Of a DNA stretch of 64,000 bases, positions 39,084 through 49,631 are shown one piece after another; positions within the stretch are counted from its first letter, which is position 1, and each line of letters begins with the position of its first letter. The translations under genes and the position numbers were made by a program. Under the pieces are notes generated by a model, which was given only the letters and a program-made list of their open reading frames with translations, ran no database searches and was not told the origin of the DNA. The stretch comes from an uncultured Gammaproteobacteria bacterium (GTDB lineage: Bacteria > Pseudomonadota > Gammaproteobacteria > UBA4575): NCBI GenBank assembly GCA_963976865.1, contig CAXBLY010000002.1, positions 22,917 to 86,916 on the forward strand, given 5' to 3'.

Positions 39084-40004
39084 TCAATCTATCTGTTCGA
39101 GCGTATAACCTTTTTCCTGTAAAAGTGTATTAATGCCATTATGGCCCCAAAAATGACCTGCACCTATAGCGAAAAAGTAACTCTGCGAAGAGTTTTCATT
39201 AACCAGATGATGAATTGTCTCGACCATTTTATAGTTGCGTTGATCTATTAATCGATCTAATAGCTGACTATATAATTCATTATCTTTCATATAAGACATT
39301 AAATATGTCATCAGAAGATCCAGATCACCATGCAGATATGCTTCTATTGATTCTTCTATGAAATCATAATTTTGATCTTTACTTGTTTGCAGGTATTCAA
39401 GCGTATCACTTAAAAAAGTGAGCTGCTGTTTTTCTGTCATGATATCAAATACACTTAATTGCTCTTCAACAGATTCCAGCCCACCCGTGCTTAATTTCAT
39501 TCCAGCCGCCTGCTCAAATAATGCGGCATCCAGTGCCAACTGCCCTGGATATTTAAGCTGTTGTTCTATCACAGTAAGTGTTATCGCTAACACCCAAATC
39601 TTTTGTTTTATAAAGAATTCCAGATTCAGCTCAGGATGAACTTGTTTAAGATAGGTTTCGATCTGGCTTTGCAATTGCGCAGGAAGATGATCATGCAATG
39701 TTTTCTTGTCAGGCAGCCACATTGACTGCTTAATCATCATGGTATTGGATTCACTTAGATCCAGTTCAGCATAAAATGAAGTTGACTCCTTTAATGCCTG
39801 AGTGACTTCTTCAGGTAGTTCTGTCACTCTTGGGTCAGGCAGATGAATAGTACCAAACAGGTAAAATTCATGTTCTCCCGTCACCTTCCAAAGAAACGGA
39901 TGCGCATATAGCGAAGAATGAAACGCTAATAATATAATTGCCAGTATATAGTTTTTGCTTTTAATCTTGATGTTCCCAACAAACCTCATAGACATTAAAG
40001 ACAC
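39084..40004 (-). CDS. TraB/GumN-family protein, secreted
   Basis: 306 aa with a signal-anchor (ILAIILLAFHSSLYA). Family motifs FGTIHLPD and AIGAGHFWG. Confidence 0.6.
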   Translation of the reverse strand: MSLMSMRFVGNIKIKSKNYILAIILLAFHSSLYAHPFLWKVTGEHEFYLFGTIHLPDPRVTELPEEVTQALKESTSFYAELDLSESNTMMIKQSMWLPDKKTLHDHLPAQLQSQIETYLKQVHPELNLEFFIKQKIWVLAITLTVIEQQLKYPGQLALDAALFEQAAGMKLSTGGLESVEEQLSVFDIMTEKQQLTFLSDTLEYLQTSKDQNYDFIEESIEAYLHGDLDLLMTYLMSYMKDNELYSQLLDRLIDQRNYKMVETIHHLVNENSSQSYFFAIGAGHFWGHNGINTLLQEKGYTLEQID

Positions 40005-40034
40005 TCGCCTTATATTAGATTAGCCATTCAATTT

Positions 40035-41183
40035 TTACTCCATATTGGATAGGATAGCCTGTTTTACTGCTTCAAGTTTCGCATCAATTGTAATCATTTT
40101 GCTCGATGCCTGCTTTATAGCCGTATCAGGGTCTTTTAACCCATGGCCAGTGAGCGTACACACGACAGTGCTTCCTTTGGGTATTTTTCCACTTTTAATG
40201 TCTCTTAAAGCGCCTGCTAAAGAAGTGGCCGATGCAGGCTCACAGAATACGCCTTCATCACTTGCCAGTGTTCGTTGAGCCGTGAGAATTTCATCGTCAC
40301 TGCACTCGTCGAACCAGCCACCGGATTCTTTAGAAACTGTCCATGCATTGTCCCAACTTTGCGGGTGACCAATACGAATAGCTGTAGCTACAGTCTCAGG
40401 ATCATCGACCATGCTACCACGCATAAATGGAGCACTACCTGCTGCCTGATAGCCCACCATCTTAGGTCGGGAAGTAATGACCGCGGGTGTAGTGAATTTA
40501 CAGTCACCGGAACAGAGATTGCAGGCTTTAGTCTGTACAGAGCCATTATCATCGCTGGCGCATTCTGTATATCCAATCCAGTGTGCAGTGATATTGCCTG
40601 CATTCCCAACGGGCAAGCAATGGAAGTCAGGCGCTTTTCCTAATTCTTCTACAATTTCAAATGCAGCTGTTTTCTGGCCCTGAAGTCGATATGGATTAAT
40701 ACTATTCACAATATCAACAGGAGCATGCTCTGCCACTTCTTTAACTAAACGCATACCATCATCAAAATTGCCCCGTACCTGAATGACAATTGCACCATGT
40801 ATCATCGCCTGGGCAAGTTTACCCATGGCAATTTTTCCATCCGGGATTAACACGAATGCTGTAATTCCTGCACGTGACGCATAAGCTGCTGCTGCGGCAG
40901 ACGTATTTCCGGTAGACGCGCAGATAATTGCACGACTTCCTTCCTGTATAGCTTTGGTAACTGCAACCGTCATACCACGATCTTTAAATGACCCAGTAGG
41001 ATTTAACCCTTCGTATTTCAAATACAGAGATACATCATGTTCATTAGCGACTTTTATATTTTGACATAGGATTAATGGTGTATTTCCTTCGCCAAGGCTA
41101 ATAATTCTTCCATCAGGATCAATTGGCAATCTTGGTAAATAGCGTTTGATCAGCCCTGTATAATGTGTTTTTAAATCTTGCAT
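40035..41183 (-). CDS. thrC: Threonine synthase with an unusual Cys-rich insertion
   Basis: 382 aa with FKDRGMT (PLP Lys), GNTSAAAAAYA and PVGNAGNITAHW. An extra segment of about 20 aa, CASDDNGSVQTKACNLCSGDC, is present (see findings). Confidence 0.85.
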   Translation of the reverse strand: MQDLKTHYTGLIKRYLPRLPIDPDGRIISLGEGNTPLILCQNIKVANEHDVSLYLKYEGLNPTGSFKDRGMTVAVTKAIQEGSRAIICASTGNTSAAAAAYASRAGITAFVLIPDGKIAMGKLAQAMIHGAIVIQVRGNFDDGMRLVKEVAEHAPVDIVNSINPYRLQGQKTAAFEIVEELGKAPDFHCLPVGNAGNITAHWIGYTECASDDNGSVQTKACNLCSGDCKFTTPAVITSRPKMVGYQAAGSAPFMRGSMVDDPETVATAIRIGHPQSWDNAWTVSKESGGWFDECSDDEILTAQRTLASDEGVFCEPASATSLAGALRDIKSGKIPKGSTVVCTLTGHGLKDPDTAIKQASSKMITIDAKLEAVKQAILSNME

Positions 41184-41187
41184 TAAT

Positions 41188-42498
41188 TTAACCTAAAGTT
41201 TCTAAACGAATTCTGATGATTTTGCCTGTCACTGTATCCAGTTTTTCTATTTTTTGAATTGCTGCCTTCATGTTTGATTCAAACACATTATGGGTCAACA
41301 TAACTAAAGGCACACTACCCTGCTCATCCTTCTCTTCTTTTTGAACAATCGCCTCTATACTAATATCCTGATCTGAAAATATGCGTGTAATATCTGCCAG
41401 CACACCTGCCTGATCCTGCACTTGCATGCGCAGATAAAATGCTGTTTCCACCTGATCCATACCTAGCACTTCTATATCATGTATGGCATCGGGCTGGAAT
41501 GCTAGATGTGGTACACGATTACCTGGATCAGTTGTCAGCGCTCTCACCACATCAACCAGATCTGCAACTACTGCAGAAGCTGTCGGTTCAGCACCTGCTC
41601 CTGGTCCATAGTATAAAGTAGAACCTACTGCATCTGCTTTTACCAGCACTGCATTCATTACACCGTCAACATTGGCAATCAGTCGTCTATGAGGAATCAA
41701 GGTGGGGTGTACACGCATTTCCAAACCGGCTTCAACCCGTCGCGCTATACCTAAATGTTTAATCCTGTATCCCAGCTCACCTGCATATTCAACATCAGCA
41801 CGAGTAATTTCTGAAATACCTTCCGTATAAACTTTTTCAAACTGCAAAGGAACCCCAAATGCAATTGACGCCAGTATCGTTAATTTATGTGCAGCATCAA
41901 TACCTTCAACATCAAAAGTTGGATCTGCTTCTGCATAGCCAAGTGCCTGGGCTTCACTGAGTACATCCGCAAAGTCACGGCCTTTGTCGCGCATTTCAGT
42001 CAGAATGAAATTACCGGTACCATTAATAATACCTGCAAGCCATTCAATCTGATTACCAGCCAGACCTTCACGAATAGCCTTGATAATCGGAATACCACCA
42101 GCGACGGCGGCTTCAAACGCAACAGTGACTCCTTTACGCTGCGCGGCTGCAAAGATTTCATTACCATGCAGAGCAATCAGTGCTTTATTTGCAGTGACTA
42201 TGTGCTTGCCATTTTCTATCGCACGTAATACAAGTTCTTTCGCCAGCTCTGTTCCGCCAATTAATTCCAGAATAATATCTATCTCTGGGTCATTAACAAT
42301 TTCATTTGAGTCCTGCGTTAACCTGACATTGTCCAGGTTCGCGCCGCGCTTTTTATTAATATCACGCACACTGGCTGCAACCAGCTTGATTGAACGCCCG
42401 GCACGTCTTGCGATTTCTTCCCCATTACGTTGCAATACCGTTGCGGTTCCTCCGCCGACGGTACCTAAACCTAAAATTCCTATTGTGACTGGTTTCAT
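41188..42498 (-). CDS. hom: Homoserine dehydrogenase with C-terminal ACT domain
   Basis: 436 aa, N-terminal NAD-binding GILGLGTVGGG, conserved catalytic core, ACT domain at the C-terminus. Confidence 0.9.
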   Translation of the reverse strand: MKPVTIGILGLGTVGGGTATVLQRNGEEIARRAGRSIKLVAASVRDINKKRGANLDNVRLTQDSNEIVNDPEIDIILELIGGTELAKELVLRAIENGKHIVTANKALIALHGNEIFAAAQRKGVTVAFEAAVAGGIPIIKAIREGLAGNQIEWLAGIINGTGNFILTEMRDKGRDFADVLSEAQALGYAEADPTFDVEGIDAAHKLTILASIAFGVPLQFEKVYTEGISEITRADVEYAGELGYRIKHLGIARRVEAGLEMRVHPTLIPHRRLIANVDGVMNAVLVKADAVGSTLYYGPGAGAEPTASAVVADLVDVVRALTTDPGNRVPHLAFQPDAIHDIEVLGMDQVETAFYLRMQVQDQAGVLADITRIFSDQDISIEAIVQKEEKDEQGSVPLVMLTHNVFESNMKAAIQKIEKLDTVTGKIIRIRLETLG

Positions 42499-42519
42499 GA
42501 TGCTATTTATTCTCTTGTG

Positions 42520-43698
42520 TTATTCAGAATCGCGAAACATTTTTTTAATTCCACGTATTGCCTGTCGTGTTCTGTGTTCATTTTCAATTAAACTAAAGCG
42601 CACATGGCCATCGCCATATTGGCCAAATCCGATACCAGGTGAAACAGCAACTTTTGCCTGTTCCAGCATTTGTATGGAAAAATCCAGCGAACCTTGCTGA
42701 GAAAATTTTTCAGGGATTTTTGCCCAGACAAACATAGTGGCCTTAGGTGGGTCAACATGCCAACCCATATTATTCAGTCCATCGATCAATACATCACGAC
42801 GTGAACAATACATATTACGAATTTCCTGGACGCAATCCTGCGGACCATCCAGTGCTGCAATGGCAGCGACCTGAATGGGGGTAAACATTCCATAGTCCAG
42901 ATATGATTTCAATCGGGATAAAGCACCCACAAGCGTTTTATTACCGCACATAAAACCGACACGCCAGCCCGGCATATTGTACGTTTTGGAAAGCGAGTAA
43001 AACTCTGCTGCAATGTCCTTCGCACCTTTGACCTGTAAAATCGATGGCGGTTCATAGCCATCGAATGTGATCTCACCATAGGCAATATCGTTAATTACCC
43101 AGATATTGTATTCCTTGGCAATCTCGATAACTCGCTCAAAAAACTCCAGCTCAACGCACTGCGTTGTTGGATTGGCCGGAAAATTCAAAATGATTAACTT
43201 TGGTTTTGGCCAGGCAACATTAATCGCCTTTTCCAGTTCTTCAAAAAAGTCAGTTTCTTCTGACAGTGGTACATAGATAACTTCTGCACCTGCGATCACA
43301 CACCCGTATGGATGAATTGGGTAAGCAGGGTTAGGTACCAGCACAGCGTCACCCGGACTTAACATTGCCAGTGCTAAATGAGCGAGACCTTCTTTCGAAC
43401 CGATAGTGACTATTGATTCAGTTTCCTCATCCAAATCCACATCAAACTTGCGTTTGTACCATCCACAAATTGATTTTCTCAAACGCGGGATTCCCCGAGA
43501 GACAGAATACCGGTGTGTATCGCTTCGCTGGGCTGCTTCTACCAGTTTGTCAACGATATGAGCAGGCGCACCCTGATCAGGATTGCCCATTCCAAAATCA
43601 ACGACATCCTCACCTTCTGCCCGAAAGGCGGCTTTTCGCTCGTTTACAATATTAAAAATATACGGTGGTAACCGCTTAATTCTTGGAAAATCTTCCAT
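42520..43698 (-). CDS. Class I/II PLP-dependent aminotransferase (AlaC-like), the first gene of the conserved alaC-hom-thrC cluster
   Basis: 392 aa with aminotransferase I/II blocks ([19 protein letters not shown] with the PLP Lys). Confidence 0.8.
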   Translation of the reverse strand: MEDFPRIKRLPPYIFNIVNERKAAFRAEGEDVVDFGMGNPDQGAPAHIVDKLVEAAQRSDTHRYSVSRGIPRLRKSICGWYKRKFDVDLDEETESIVTIGSKEGLAHLALAMLSPGDAVLVPNPAYPIHPYGCVIAGAEVIYVPLSEETDFFEELEKAINVAWPKPKLIILNFPANPTTQCVELEFFERVIEIAKEYNIWVINDIAYGEITFDGYEPPSILQVKGAKDIAAEFYSLSKTYNMPGWRVGFMCGNKTLVGALSRLKSYLDYGMFTPIQVAAIAALDGPQDCVQEIRNMYCSRRDVLIDGLNNMGWHVDPPKATMFVWAKIPEKFSQQGSLDFSIQMLEQAKVAVSPGIGFGQYGDGHVRFSLIENEHRTRQAIRGIKKMFRDSE

Positions 43699-43757
43699 TG
43701 ATGCGTTATTCCAAAACTTGAAGTACTATTTAGTGAATTTGTAGATAAAATCAGACC

Positions 43758-44138
43758 GTGCATTTTACAGAAGACAAGCCCTCGGGTAACTATATTATTA
43801 ATGAGTACAGCAAAAATACCGTCACTATAAACAATCAGTGTTACGGAAAATCGCTATATCTCTCCCCAGACACGCTGATTGACTCGCTCCCATTACAATA
43901 CAGCTCAGAATTAACCCCTGAATCCATCAAGTTTATTATTGACCTGAAGCCTGAACTTGTAATCCTGGGTAGCGGCAATTCGCTGCAGTTTCCCCCTGCA
44001 TCAATAATCGCTCAGTTTGCGAACAATAAGATTGGATTTGAGGCAATGGATCACTCTGCCGCCTGCCGTACCTATGCAGTGTTAAGCGCTGAGCAACGCG
44101 ATGTCGGTTTACTTCTATTGATCAGCCAAGTGAAATAA
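43758..44138 (+). CDS. Mth938-like/DUF498 small protein
   Basis: 126 aa. PELVILGSGNSLQFPP is typical of the Mth938/Xcc1710 fold family. Tentative. Confidence 0.45.
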   Translation: MHFTEDKPSGNYIINEYSKNTVTINNQCYGKSLYLSPDTLIDSLPLQYSSELTPESIKFIIDLKPELVILGSGNSLQFPPASIIAQFANNKIGFEAMDHSAACRTYAVLSAEQRDVGLLLLISQVK

Positions 44139-44144
44139 AGATGA

Positions 44145-44906
44145 TTATCTGGGCAAATACTTCAAGGGATCAACCGGATTGCCATCTTTACGTATTTCAA
44201 AATGCAGTTTTGCTCGATCTGTACCCGTCGAACCCACTTCCGCAATTTTCTGTCCGGTTTTAACCACAGCACCTTCGTTGACTAGCAGTTTCCTGCTATG
44301 TGCATAAGCGCTGAAAAAACTGTCATTATGCTTAATGATCAATAAATTCCCATAGCCTCGCAGGCCACTTCCGGCATAGACGACCTTGCCTGCAGAGGCA
44401 GCACTGACGACGGTGCCTTCTTTGGCAACAATATCGATACCATTATTGCTGCCTGAAAACTTACTTAATAGTTTCCCCTTGACCGGCCATCGCCAGTCCC
44501 CCACAGGAATAGTTCTGACTGGTTTACTCGGTTTGCTTGCAGATTTGGCAGACGATGATTTAGCAGCCCTGCTGGTACTTCTAATAGGTGCAGATGAGTT
44601 AACGCGTAATTTTTGACCTGGATAAATTGTGTAAGGCCTGGATATGTTATTCCACCTGGCAAGAGATTTAGCATCCACACCATAACGCCAGCTTATTGAA
44701 TGTAGCGTGTCACCTTTTTCTACAATGTGGTAACTATTATGATAATAGCGCGGTTGCTTTGATTTGGAAGCACATCCGTTAAGCAGCAGAACCAGACATA
44801 AGCAAATGAAAAATATTCGCATGTAAAATAAAAAGCGAGTTGTTAGTGAGCTGATGCCCAGATTATAGCGATAGCAAGTAAAGCGACAAATATCCATCCT
44901 AACCAT
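44145..44906 (-). CDS. nlpD: NlpD-like murein hydrolase activator lipoprotein (LysM plus M23 peptidase domain)
   Basis: Lipobox LLNGCAS after an internal Met start, LysM block YHIVEKGDTLHSISWRYGV, M23 domain GIDIVAKEGTVV...VGSTG. Confidence 0.8.
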   Translation of the reverse strand: MVRMDICRFTCYRYNLGISSLTTRFLFYMRIFFICLCLVLLLNGCASKSKQPRYYHNSYHIVEKGDTLHSISWRYGVDAKSLARWNNISRPYTIYPGQKLRVNSSAPIRSTSRAAKSSSAKSASKPSKPVRTIPVGDWRWPVKGKLLSKFSGSNNGIDIVAKEGTVVSAASAGKVVYAGSGLRGYGNLLIIKHNDSFFSAYAHSRKLLVNEGAVVKTGQKIAEVGSTGTDRAKLHFEIRKDGNPVDPLKYLPR

Positions 44907-45424
44907 TCGATATATTTTAACAACATAGGTTCAATTCGTGGCCCGGCAAACCTGATAATTCCGGCCACCAGGAAAAATCTTGCTCCTCTTCCCACAAATG
45001 AAGCCAATAGAAATGGTAGCAATGGCTGCACCATAACACCGGCAGTAATAGTAAATAACTTATAAGGAATTGGTGAAAAACCGGCAATAAATACTACCCA
45101 GACGCCCCATTGCTCAAACCAGTCACGCGCGTGAATATAACTGTCCCAATACTTGGTAGTTTCAAGCCATTGTGAAATCACATCAAATGCAAAGTATCCA
45201 ATCGCATATCCCGCCAATCCGCCAAGCACTGAGAATATTGTTGTGAGAAATGCAAACCATAGTGCCCTGTTCGGTAATCGCATGCACATGGGCGCGAGCA
45301 TGACGTCGGGAGGAATTGGAAAAAATGATGATTCAGCAAAACTTAATGCACTCAGGATTGCAGGTGCACGTTTATGTGCGGCGGCATTCATGCATTTTGC
45401 ATATATTGTTGAGAATAATTTCAT
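44843..45424 (-). CDS. YqaA/DedA-family inner-membrane protein
   Basis: Tracked ORF 44843..45493; the likely start is Met24 (MKLFSTIYAKCMN). Four TM helices, DedA/SNARE-associated-like motif FFPIPPDV. Confidence 0.6.
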   Translation of the reverse strand: MKLFSTIYAKCMNAAAHKRAPAILSALSFAESSFFPIPPDVMLAPMCMRLPNRALWFAFLTTIFSVLGGLAGYAIGYFAFDVISQWLETTKYWDSYIHARDWFEQWGVWVVFIAGFSPIPYKLFTITAGVMVQPLLPFLLASFVGRGARFFLVAGIIRFAGPRIEPMLLKYIEWLGWIFVALLAIAIIWASAH

Positions 45425-45431
45425 TCTAAAT

Positions 45432-46109
45432 TTACGGCCCTCGTACCAAAGGTACAAATGAAACATCTTCAAGTTTTTCCTGAGTGACACCATCGTTAGT
45501 GCGTTTAAGTGTCAGTAATTGTTGCGTACTATCCTGAGTGCCAACAGGAATAATCAGGCGACCGCCGATCTTCAGTTGATTGATGAGAGAATTTGGAATT
45601 TCAGGTGCAGCAGCAGTCACTATAATTGCATCGTACGGCGCGTAGTTTTCCCAGCCCCAGGTACCATCTGATAATTTACATTGCACATTTCTTAGACCTA
45701 GTGATATCAGTAATTTTCGTGCCTGTTGATGCAAGGGCTTAATTAATTCTACGGTATAGACTTTTTCAACTATATGAGCGAGTAATGCCGCCTGATATCC
45801 GGAACCTGTGCCAATTTCCAGTACCTTTTGTGGAATTCCTTCAGCAATTAATGCTTCCGTCATTCTAGCCACAGTGTATGGCTGGGATATAGTTTGTTTA
45901 TGTCCGATTGGTAACGCATTATCTTCATAAGCGCGGGTTGCCAATGCCTCATCAACAAATAGATGTCTTGGTATTGAACGCATGGCTTCCAGCACTGTGA
46001 CACTTCGAATCCCTTTGGCACGCAGACGATCAATCAAGCGATCGCGCGTTCGCTGCGATGTCATACCTATACCCTGGATATTTTTACTCATCGCTAATCC
46101 CGCAATCAC
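45432..46109 (-). CDS. pcm: Protein-L-isoaspartate O-methyltransferase
   Basis: [29 protein letters not shown] and SAM motif [16 protein letters not shown]. Confidence 0.9.
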   Translation of the reverse strand: MIAGLAMSKNIQGIGMTSQRTRDRLIDRLRAKGIRSVTVLEAMRSIPRHLFVDEALATRAYEDNALPIGHKQTISQPYTVARMTEALIAEGIPQKVLEIGTGSGYQAALLAHIVEKVYTVELIKPLHQQARKLLISLGLRNVQCKLSDGTWGWENYAPYDAIIVTAAAPEIPNSLINQLKIGGRLIIPVGTQDSTQQLLTLKRTNDGVTQEKLEDVSFVPLVRGP

Positions 46110-46845
46110 TCAGCCAGCTGCTAATCAGATCTATTGAATTATATTTGGTAAGATCCACATGAATTGGTGTGACAGAAATATAATTTTCGCTCAACGCATG
46201 GAAATCTGTCCCCGGTCCGGCATCCTGTTCGGGACCTGCAGCACCTACCCAGTAGATTGTTTTTCCGCGCGGATCATTTGTCACAACAGCTGGCTCAGAC
46301 TTATGCCGGTTGCCAAGACGGGTGGTTTGCACTCCACGTATATCTGCTAATGGTACATCGGGCACATTAACATTAAGAATTGTATCTTTGGGGAGCGGTT
46401 TATTGATCAGTTGTTTGACCAGATTTCTGGTGACAATGGCAGCCGTGAGAAAATGTTCTGCCTGAAATGAGTTGATTGATACCGCCACCGCAGGAAAACC
46501 CAGATGCCTGCCTTCGATGGCAGCAGCGACCGTTCCCGAGTAAATCACGTCATCGCCCAGATTTGGACCACAGTTAATCCCAGCAACCACCATATCGGGT
46601 TCATTCTGTAGCAAGCCCGTAAGACCCAGATGGACACAATCGGTTGGTGTTCCATCGACCTTAAACCAGCCGGCTTCAACTTCACTAGCACGTAGAGGCA
46701 TTTGCAGAGTAAGTGAATTACTCGCAGCACTACGGTCTATATGTGGTGCAACTACACTTATTTTGGCGATTTCGCTGAGAGATTTGGCCAGCGCCAAAAG
46801 GCCCGGCGCCTGGTAACCATCATCGTTACTGAGTAATAAATGCAT
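46084..46845 (-). CDS. surE: 5'/3'-nucleotidase SurE
   Basis: 253 aa. N-terminal [15 protein letters not shown] and [21 protein letters not shown]. Overlaps pcm as in the enterobacterial surE-pcm arrangement. Confidence 0.9.
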   Translation of the reverse strand: MHLLLSNDDGYQAPGLLALAKSLSEIAKISVVAPHIDRSAASNSLTLQMPLRASEVEAGWFKVDGTPTDCVHLGLTGLLQNEPDMVVAGINCGPNLGDDVIYSGTVAAAIEGRHLGFPAVAVSINSFQAEHFLTAAIVTRNLVKQLINKPLPKDTILNVNVPDVPLADIRGVQTTRLGNRHKSEPAVVTNDPRGKTIYWVGAAGPEQDAGPGTDFHALSENYISVTPIHVDLTKYNSIDLISSWLSDCGISDE

Positions 46846-46935
46846 ACATGTATTCGGGTAAAAAGTGTACTATCTGGAATAGAAAATCCACCTATAATAG
46901 CAGGCAAGTGCCCAGGCTTCGTAGTAATAATTTAA

Positions 46936-47493
46936 TTGATTGTAAATTTCATGTCAGACGACAAAAATAATCCCGATGACTCTCCAAGTTTTGCCGAGCT
47001 ACTCGATGGCGTAAAAGTATTATCCGATCATGACAAAGTCGTCCATGAAATACCCAAACCCCGCCCCATACCAAAGCAGTCACATCGAGATGAACGAAGA
47101 GTCATGGATGAGTTGCTCGTCAGCCCCAGTGAATATGTCGACATGCAAGCTGGTGATAGTCTTTCATATGTACAGACAGGAATACAAAAACAGGTCTTCC
47201 GCAAACTTAAACGTGGTCAGTACACAATTGAGGCAGAGCTGGATCTACACGGCTTGACCAGACTTGAAGCACAGCAGCAACTCAATGAATTCGTCAATGA
47301 ATGCAGAGAATTTGGGATTCGTTGTGTGCGTATCATTCATGGAAAAGGTTACGGCTCAAGTAATCAGGGCCCGGTGATTAAACCGTTAGTTAACCAGTGG
47401 CTGCAGCGGCGCTCAGAGATTTTGGCATTCTGTTCTGCAAGGCCTGCAGATGGTGGAACTGGCGCTGTGTACGTGTTGATAAAATCTACCTAG
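46936..47493 (+). CDS. Smr-domain protein (SmrB-like)
   Basis: About 183 aa from MSDDKNNP. The C-terminal Smr domain is ELDLHGLTRLEAQQQLNEFV...IRCVRIIHGKGYGS. Confidence 0.7.
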   Translation: MIVNFMSDDKNNPDDSPSFAELLDGVKVLSDHDKVVHEIPKPRPIPKQSHRDERRVMDELLVSPSEYVDMQAGDSLSYVQTGIQKQVFRKLKRGQYTIEAELDLHGLTRLEAQQQLNEFVNECREFGIRCVRIIHGKGYGSSNQGPVIKPLVNQWLQRRSEILAFCSARPADGGTGAVYVLIKST

Positions 47494-47494
47494 A

Positions 47495-48196
47495 TCAGTA
47501 CTCACGTTGCAGTAAAAAGTTTTTGTAATAACGAACATCGTCGCGTATAAGCTCCAGATCTATAGATTGTGTATATTTAATCTGATCAAACGCATCTGAA
47601 AACTGGTCCGCATTCGTTGCTGCCACACCATTTACCGATACAATCAAATCTCCCTTCTGCAAATCAAGTTTTTTGGAGACATTTTCTTCAAGCACACTTT
47701 TAACCTCAAACGCTGCCAGCTGCCCATCTTGCATATGAGGAACCAAATTAAACGTGGTGATGAAATTTTCGGGCTTATCAAAAAATTGTTTGCGGTCTTC
47801 GGTGGATATATTTACAGGAGGTGACCATACATCTTTGCCTGCTGTTGATGTTATATCAATGCTTAAGCTTCTTAATGTCAAGGTAAGCACCTGGTCATTA
47901 CAGTAGAAACTAACGCGGCTACGACGAACATAATCCAGCACACAGCCAGCAACTACGTCACCGACTCGCAATACTAATTCACGATGCTTTTCTTTATCAA
48001 ACAGAACGGCAATTGAGTCAGGGTTATTCAGGACAACCCCGCTTAATTCAAAATTGGCTAATTTAAGTGGCGTACTCCAGACTGCCGGGACCGAAACGGC
48101 AAATGACAGGATCGCAACAGATATCCAGCGCAATCTAGACTGGATAAAAATCGATCGGATAATTAAATGTAAATACTGGAACATCTTCAGATCCAA
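47495..48196 (-). CDS. Membrane-anchored PDZ-domain protein (GspC-like architecture), last gene of the TonB array
   Basis: N-terminal TM helix WISVAILSFAVSVPAVW and a C-terminal PDZ-like block GDLIVSVNGVAATNADQFSDAFDQIK. The start is uncertain because the ORF overlaps the tonB 3' end. Confidence 0.4.
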   Translation of the reverse strand: MDLKMFQYLHLIIRSIFIQSRLRWISVAILSFAVSVPAVWSTPLKLANFELSGVVLNNPDSIAVLFDKEKHRELVLRVGDVVAGCVLDYVRRSRVSFYCNDQVLTLTLRSLSIDITSTAGKDVWSPPVNISTEDRKQFFDKPENFITTFNLVPHMQDGQLAAFEVKSVLEENVSKKLDLQKGDLIVSVNGVAATNADQFSDAFDQIKYTQSIDLELIRDDVRYYKNFLLQREY

Positions 48197-49121
48197 AATT
48201 GATCAGTTTTACGCGTTGAATTAGTTTCTGCTCGAGTTCCGTATCAGCCAGTTCACTACTGACGATATATACTTCAGTCACCTTCCCTGAAGGCGCAATA
48301 GAAATTTTTAGGACGACTTTTCCCTGCAGGTCAGGTGATGATCTAAGTGCCCGATTGTACATACTGAATATCGCACTCTTATTTCTATCAAATGTGATCT
48401 GTATTTTTTCCAGATCACGCTGCGCCGCACGTCCAACACCATTGTCACTGCCTGTGCCTGAACCGCCCTCACCAGCCCCCAGACCAGCAGGTCCAGAAAC
48501 ACGGCTCGCTGTTCTGCCGCCCAGTCCGGTACCCGATACGTCCCGGCTCAATGCAGCAGTATTGATACCACCACTGCCTTTACCTGTGTTCTTTGTTACC
48601 AGAGAACGTTCAATTCTTGAAGCCGAGCCACCACTATTACTGAGTGACCGCTCACCTAAAGTTTGCGAATTTGTTTTTTTACTGATGTCAGCCAATTCAC
48701 TTTGAAATGCCAGCAAACCCGAGGCCGCTGCCACTTCTTTTGCAGATTTTTTAGGTGGCGCAGGTGCTACCTTTTTCTGAGGGACAGGCTTATTAGCTGC
48801 TTTAGCAACTTTCTTTTCCTGTACTTTCTTTATTGCTTTTGGTTTTGTAGTTTTGACTGGTTTGTTAATTTTCTGAGGCACCACTTTTTTAACAATCGGT
48901 GGAGGTGGTGGAAGCTTTTTTTCAATCAGTATTTTTACAACGCGCTTTTCCTGTAATTCCTCAACTGGTTTTTCTTTTTCTGGCAAGGGCAGGAATGGGA
49001 CAATCAGGGTGAGCACAAGACAAGTCATCGTGACACGATTCAATACGCGTCTGAATCTTGTTTTCTCTACGGTTGACACTTCCCATGGGAGGCGCCATGA
49101 ATATACGGCTGCTGCTGTCAT
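48135..49121 (-). CDS. tonB: TonB-family energy transducer; start probably at the internal Met (MTAAAVYSW...)
   Basis: N-terminal TM anchor, a long Pro/Lys-rich spacer (KKLPPPPPIVKKVVPQK...KPVPQKKVAPAPPKK) and a C-terminal TonB domain (VVLKISIAPSGKVTEVYIVSS...FNYPIDF). Confidence 0.75.
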   Translation of the reverse strand: MTAAAVYSWRLPWEVSTVEKTRFRRVLNRVTMTCLVLTLIVPFLPLPEKEKPVEELQEKRVVKILIEKKLPPPPPIVKKVVPQKINKPVKTTKPKAIKKVQEKKVAKAANKPVPQKKVAPAPPKKSAKEVAAASGLLAFQSELADISKKTNSQTLGERSLSNSGGSASRIERSLVTKNTGKGSGGINTAALSRDVSGTGLGGRTASRVSGPAGLGAGEGGSGTGSDNGVGRAAQRDLEKIQITFDRNKSAIFSMYNRALRSSPDLQGKVVLKISIAPSGKVTEVYIVSSELADTELEQKLIQRVKLINFGSEDVPVFTFNYPIDFYPV

Positions 49122-49125
49122 AACT

Positions 49126-49629
49126 CTAACTTGCTTTAGTAGATTCTCTTTGAATAACGGATAATGATATCTGCTCAAAACCAGCACTTGAACAAATCTG
49201 CATGACTTGCTTTATCAGGCTGAATGGCACTTCTTTATCACCCATTATAGTAATTTCCTTTTTCTCACCTTCTTGCACATCTGCCTGAACTTTTAGCATC
49301 TCTTCCTGAAGTGCCATCTGTAGCTTTTGCACATCCGCTTTCTTATTTCCATTGATATCACCTGAACTGACAACTTTCTGACCCTGCAGGCTTATATCTT
49401 CATTATTAAGCATTAATACTACAGAAACACGCGGCTTTTTCTCAGCCATAGACTGCGGCATTTCAATGCCTTTAGCATTTGGTAGTACAGTCGGGTCCGA
49501 CGCATTCACCAGTAAGAAAAATACCAAAATGGTAAATATATCCATCAGCGAGACAATATTAAATGGTGCCTGCTTTTTAGCGCGATCATGATTGCGCTGC
49601 ATTCTTTGTACTGTTTTTTTGCCACGCAT
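49126..49629 (-). CDS. exbD: ExbD/TolR-family biopolymer transport protein (copy 2)
   Basis: 167 aa, single TM (FNIVSLMDIFTILVFFLL), ExbD fold. Confidence 0.8.
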   Translation of the reverse strand: MRGKKTVQRMQRNHDRAKKQAPFNIVSLMDIFTILVFFLLVNASDPTVLPNAKGIEMPQSMAEKKPRVSVVLMLNNEDISLQGQKVVSSGDINGNKKADVQKLQMALQEEMLKVQADVQEGEKKEITIMGDKEVPFSLIKQVMQICSSAGFEQISLSVIQRESTKAS

Positions 49630-49631
49630 AA

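Noticed and set aside
48308-48956. Three ORFs (64, 116, 97 aa) within and antisense to tonB
   Set aside because: Generated by the low-complexity Pro/Lys-rich spacer of TonB, and have repetitive non-protein-like translations.
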